A stretch of DNA of 26,803 nt, taken from positions 1 through 26,803 of the forward strand of contig BEHE01000019.1 in the NCBI GenBank assembly GCA_002898395.1. Reading direction: 5' to 3'. How positions within the stretch are numbered: position 1 is the stretch's first letter; each line of letters opens with the position of its first letter. The translations under genes were made by a program, and so were the position numbers. This document shows positions 24,039 to 26,803 of the stretch, one piece after another. The DNA comes from Candidatus Calditenuaceae archaeon HR02 (GTDB lineage Archaea; Thermoproteota; Nitrososphaeria_A; Caldarchaeales; Calditenuaceae). The notes under the pieces are model-generated. The model had not been told where the DNA came from, did no database searches, and saw only the letters and a program-made list of their open reading frames with translations.

Positions 24039-25250
24039 TTAATACTCATGGGGAAGTCTTGGGTATTTTGTGAGTAATTCTGCCCCTCTGCCGCCTACAA
24101 GAACTATGTCCTCGATTCTGATTCCATAAGATCCGGGTACATAGACCCCTGGCTCGACGCTGTGTATCATGTTTTTTCTTAGAATATGAGATGATGCTAT
24201 GTGGAGTGCCGGTATAGGCTCATGTAGGTGGGTTCCTATGCCATGGCCTAGCCTGTGTCTGATGTAACCTCCGTATCCCCTCCCCCGGATTTCTTTGAAA
24301 GCCACGTTACACACGTCTGACGCTCTCACACCATCCTTAACATGGCTTATAGCGGCCTCCTGTGCAGTGAGGACGACCTCTAATAACTTCCTAAGCTCAC
24401 CCTCAGGCTTACCTGCAAAATATACACGTGTAGTGTCCGACCAGTAGCCATCTGCGCATACATTTAGCTCGAGCAGGACAGGCTCACCCCTCTGAATCCT
24501 TTTATTTGTATGGTTGTTAAACATCTTATATGCCTCTGCTGTTCTTGGACCTGACATCACGAAGGCCGTAACAATGCATTTCTCTATATTCTTGAAGCCT
24601 GTTCCCTTCGCCGTGACCATATACTCCACCTCGCCTGCAACCTCTGCTTCAGTTCTTCCCTCCCTTACGGCGTCGTGGAACGACTCTAAGCCAATATCAG
24701 TTAACTCATTGACTATCCTCAGTATTGAGACTTCCTTCTCAGTCTTAACTGATTTTAAGCTATATAGAGTTTGAGCAAAGTCTACGATTTCAGCGTTGTT
24801 TAGTTTCTGTCTGAGCATCTCGATAGTGGGAGTTCCGACACACCATGACTCTCTTCTGTTGTATGGACACGCCACGAATTCTACTGATGCCTCGACACCC
24901 ACTCTGATATGTCTCTTATCTAGGCCTCGTTCTCTAAGTACACCTATCAGCACATTCATCCCCGCGTGTAGGTAGTCGCCCATCACCTCAGGCGTCTCCC
25001 AGCCGTAGGGGCGTACATCCTTTATCCAGCTCTTTAACGCATATTCCTCCTCACCTTGATGAGGAATGATGCATGGCTCGCTATCGAGAGGAAAGACTAT
25101 GTAGGAGACACCAAAGAATGGCCAATACCCACTAAGGTAGACGACGTTTTCAGGCAGCCTCAATACCAATACGTCTATTCCTTCTCTCTCCATCGCATCT
25201 TTGATCTTGGAAATTTTCTCGTCGTCCCTCGAGTAGGCTATGCCACTCAT
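24039..25250 (-). CDS. M24 family Xaa-Pro peptidase / creatinase-like
   Basis: 403 aa. Carries the metal-ligand blocks 'HRLGHGIGTHLHEPIP' and 'VEPGVYVPGSYGIRIEDIVLV'. Confidence 0.85.
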   Translation of the reverse strand: MSGIAYSRDDEKISKIKDAMEREGIDVLVLRLPENVVYLSGYWPFFGVSYIVFPLDSEPCIIPHQGEEEYALKSWIKDVRPYGWETPEVMGDYLHAGMNVLIGVLRERGLDKRHIRVGVEASVEFVACPYNRRESWCVGTPTIEMLRQKLNNAEIVDFAQTLYSLKSVKTEKEVSILRIVNELTDIGLESFHDAVREGRTEAEVAGEVEYMVTAKGTGFKNIEKCIVTAFVMSGPRTAEAYKMFNNHTNKRIQRGEPVLLELNVCADGYWSDTTRVYFAGKPEGELRKLLEVVLTAQEAAISHVKDGVRASDVCNVAFKEIRGRGYGGYIRHRLGHGIGTHLHEPIPALHIASSHILRKNMIHSVEPGVYVPGSYGIRIEDIVLVGGRGAELLTKYPRLPHEY

Positions 25251-26344
25251 ATCATTTCACCTAATATTTTCTCTAATGCCTCTTTAGGGTAGTGTCCTCT
25301 GTATGGTTGCCAATCCTCTACCCGCCCTCCGTACGTCTCTTTCAGGTAGGGTGATATGGTGCCCCCAAAGATTTTGATGAAGCCCTCAACATCTCCGTCG
25401 ACAGCTGCTGCTATATGTGTGAACCCTATCTTAATGTACTTCTCCATGAACCTTATTATCGCCTCTTCTGAATCTGCCACTAGAAAATATTTCTCGATAG
25501 CCTCGGTTGAGACCCTGTTCCCATGCATTTCTATATACCTTGGATCGTAGACTCCTAGGTCAAAGAAGGCCGGGAGGAGGGTTGTCCTCCATTTAAGGAG
25601 GGACCTTAAGGCGGCATCGTAATTGTCTTCGTGGAATCCCACATGCACTAGGAGAGACTTCTCGATCGTCTCGGGGTCCCTATTATATTTTCTCGCAGCC
25701 TTATCAAGGGTGGGGAAAAGCTTTGAAGTGAATATCGATGTATCTTCTAGGGGCAGCGACATTAATGCATCGCCTAGGGTTCCGGCTAGCTCCGCACCCT
25801 TAACTCCGGTAGTAGCCACATGGATGGGGATCTGTATTGGCGGCTTGTCGTAGATGTTAGCTTTGGTGACCCGGTAAAACTTCCCCTTAAATGTTACGAA
25901 GTCCCTGCTCCAGAGAAGTCTTATGATTATCAACGCCTCTTTCAGCCTCTCTAGCCTCTCCTTATGAGTAGATGGCCAGTCAAAGCCGCACGGCACCTCG
26001 TTTAGGGCTTCGCCCGTCCCGACACCCAAGAATACCCGGCCAGGATAGAGACACGAGAGGGTGGCAAAGGACTGTGCGACAATGGCCGGAGAATACCTAA
26101 ACAAGGGACAAGTAACACTTGTGCCAATAATGACCCTCCTAGTCAATGCCCCGACCGCTGATAAGACATTCCAGGCAAAGACTCCATGAGCACCAGTGTG
26201 CCACCAAGGATGGAAATGATCACTGGCCCATACAGCATCCAGGCCATGCTTCTCAGACATGACACCAAACCTTACCAGCTCGGTGGGAGGAAACTCTTCA
26301 CAGGCTGCCACAAACCCGAAGCGAAGCAACGAATTTTCAGTCAC
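25247..26344 (-). CDS. LLM-class (luciferase-like) F420-dependent oxidoreductase, G6PDH-like subfamily
   Basis: 365 aa. Carries 'WASDHFHPWWHTGAHG' and 'TCPLFRYSPAIVAQSFATLSCLYPGRVFLGVGTGEALNE'. Shares an ATGA overlap with the downstream peptidase gene. Confidence 0.75.
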   Translation of the reverse strand: MTENSLLRFGFVAACEEFPPTELVRFGVMSEKHGLDAVWASDHFHPWWHTGAHGVFAWNVLSAVGALTRRVIIGTSVTCPLFRYSPAIVAQSFATLSCLYPGRVFLGVGTGEALNEVPCGFDWPSTHKERLERLKEALIIIRLLWSRDFVTFKGKFYRVTKANIYDKPPIQIPIHVATTGVKGAELAGTLGDALMSLPLEDTSIFTSKLFPTLDKAARKYNRDPETIEKSLLVHVGFHEDNYDAALRSLLKWRTTLLPAFFDLGVYDPRYIEMHGNRVSTEAIEKYFLVADSEEAIIRFMEKYIKIGFTHIAAAVDGDVEGFIKIFGGTISPYLKETYGGRVEDWQPYRGHYPKEALEKILGEMI

Positions 26345-26444
26345 TGAGGTTAAGGACCTTACACTCTCATATATGAATTTTTGTCGTCTTCGTTATCTAG
26401 TAACACAAAAAATTTAAATATGGATTCATAGTAACGTATGACAC

Positions 26445-26803
26445 ATGAAAAAAGTAACAAGGCGTCAAGCTATAAGTCGGGTCTCCGCTGTCGGCGCTAT
26501 TATTGGGGCTGGTGTGATCGGCGGCATAGGCGGATACCTAGCTGGGACTACAACTGGGGGTCAAATACGCACTGTTACCGAGACTGTTGGCGGTGCAACA
26601 ATAACGCAGACTAGAGTAATTACTCAAACATTAGCAGGAGCGGATTAGCAGGAGCGGCAGATTTTGCAAAGGGGCTGAGGTTTACATACATAACCCATGG
26701 TGGTGAGGAGAATGTATTCTGGAATTCCGTCCATCTAGGAATGCAAGAGGCCGCCAAACTAACAGGCGCGGACGCTGTTATGATCAGGCCTAAAAGAGAG
26801 GGC
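26445..26803 (+). pseudogene. ABC transporter sugar-binding protein, frameshifted by a 14-nt tandem duplication (partial at window end)
   Basis: The N-terminal anchor 'MKKVTRRQAISRVSAVGAIIGAGVIGGIGGYLAG' is followed by a Thr/Gly-rich linker. A stop occurs at 26646-26648. The +2 frame continues 'AGAADFAKGLRFTYITHGGEENVFWNSVHLGMQEAAKLTGADAVMIRP', which resembles the start of a type I periplasmic sugar-binding fold. Confidence 0.7.
26630..26657. repeat. perfect 14-nt tandem duplication ATTAGCAGGAGCGG x2
   Basis: 26630-26643 and 26644-26657 are identical. Deleting one copy restores a single reading frame. Confidence 0.95.

Noticed and set aside
26445-26500. A twin-arginine-like 'TRRQAIS' at the N-terminus of the binding protein.
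   Set aside because: It matches the Tat consensus only partially. The hydrophobic segment plus Thr-rich linker is the usual membrane-anchor design of crenarchaeal binding proteins.
1-26803. CRISPR arrays, tRNA or rRNA genes, and integrase-type att sites.
   Set aside because: I saw no regularly spaced direct repeats. I found no T-loop-like GTTC(G/A)AATC motif in a GC-rich cloverleaf context, and no rRNA-like conserved blocks.

Overview
The window looks archaeal, probably a thermophilic crenarchaeote. I infer this from gene content, TATA-like boxes close to start codons, and frequent GTG/TTG starts and ATGA overlaps. I recognised no rRNA, tRNA or CRISPR array.

Layout:
- 70-1089 (-): a stand-alone ATP-cone protein and a DUF72 protein.
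- About 1.1-6.3 kb: a lower-GC accessory patch. It holds a 0.8 kb ORF-free stretch with a GC-rich, hairpin-dense core, then a perfect 12-bp hairpin followed by T-tracts. It also holds a two-gene module whose larger product resembles a divergent IS110-family recombinase, a 3'-truncated metallophosphoesterase, and two tandem HEPN/nucleotidyltransferase (MNT) toxin-antitoxin pairs.
- About 6.2-19 kb: a glycan-biosynthesis locus with eight GT4-like glycosyltransferases (one disrupted at its 5' end), a Wzx-like flippase and an SDR epimerase/dehydratase. Two paralogous convergent GT pairs sit in inverted orientation around a roughly 8.4 kb core, and the left part (7.2-13.0 kb) is much lower in GC.
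- 19-23.5 kb: a KaiC-like ATPase, an ABC-2 exporter operon with a membrane-anchored extracellular protein, and an orphan SPPY-type DNA methyltransferase.
- 24-26.3 kb: an M24 peptidase and an LLM-class F420-type oxidoreductase.
- Right edge: a sugar-binding-protein gene broken by a perfect 14-nt tandem duplication.

I cannot demonstrate a complete new system from sequence alone. The best candidate is the atypical IS110-like two-gene module with its structured non-coding flanks. The mosaic inverted GT locus and the tandem TA pairs come next.
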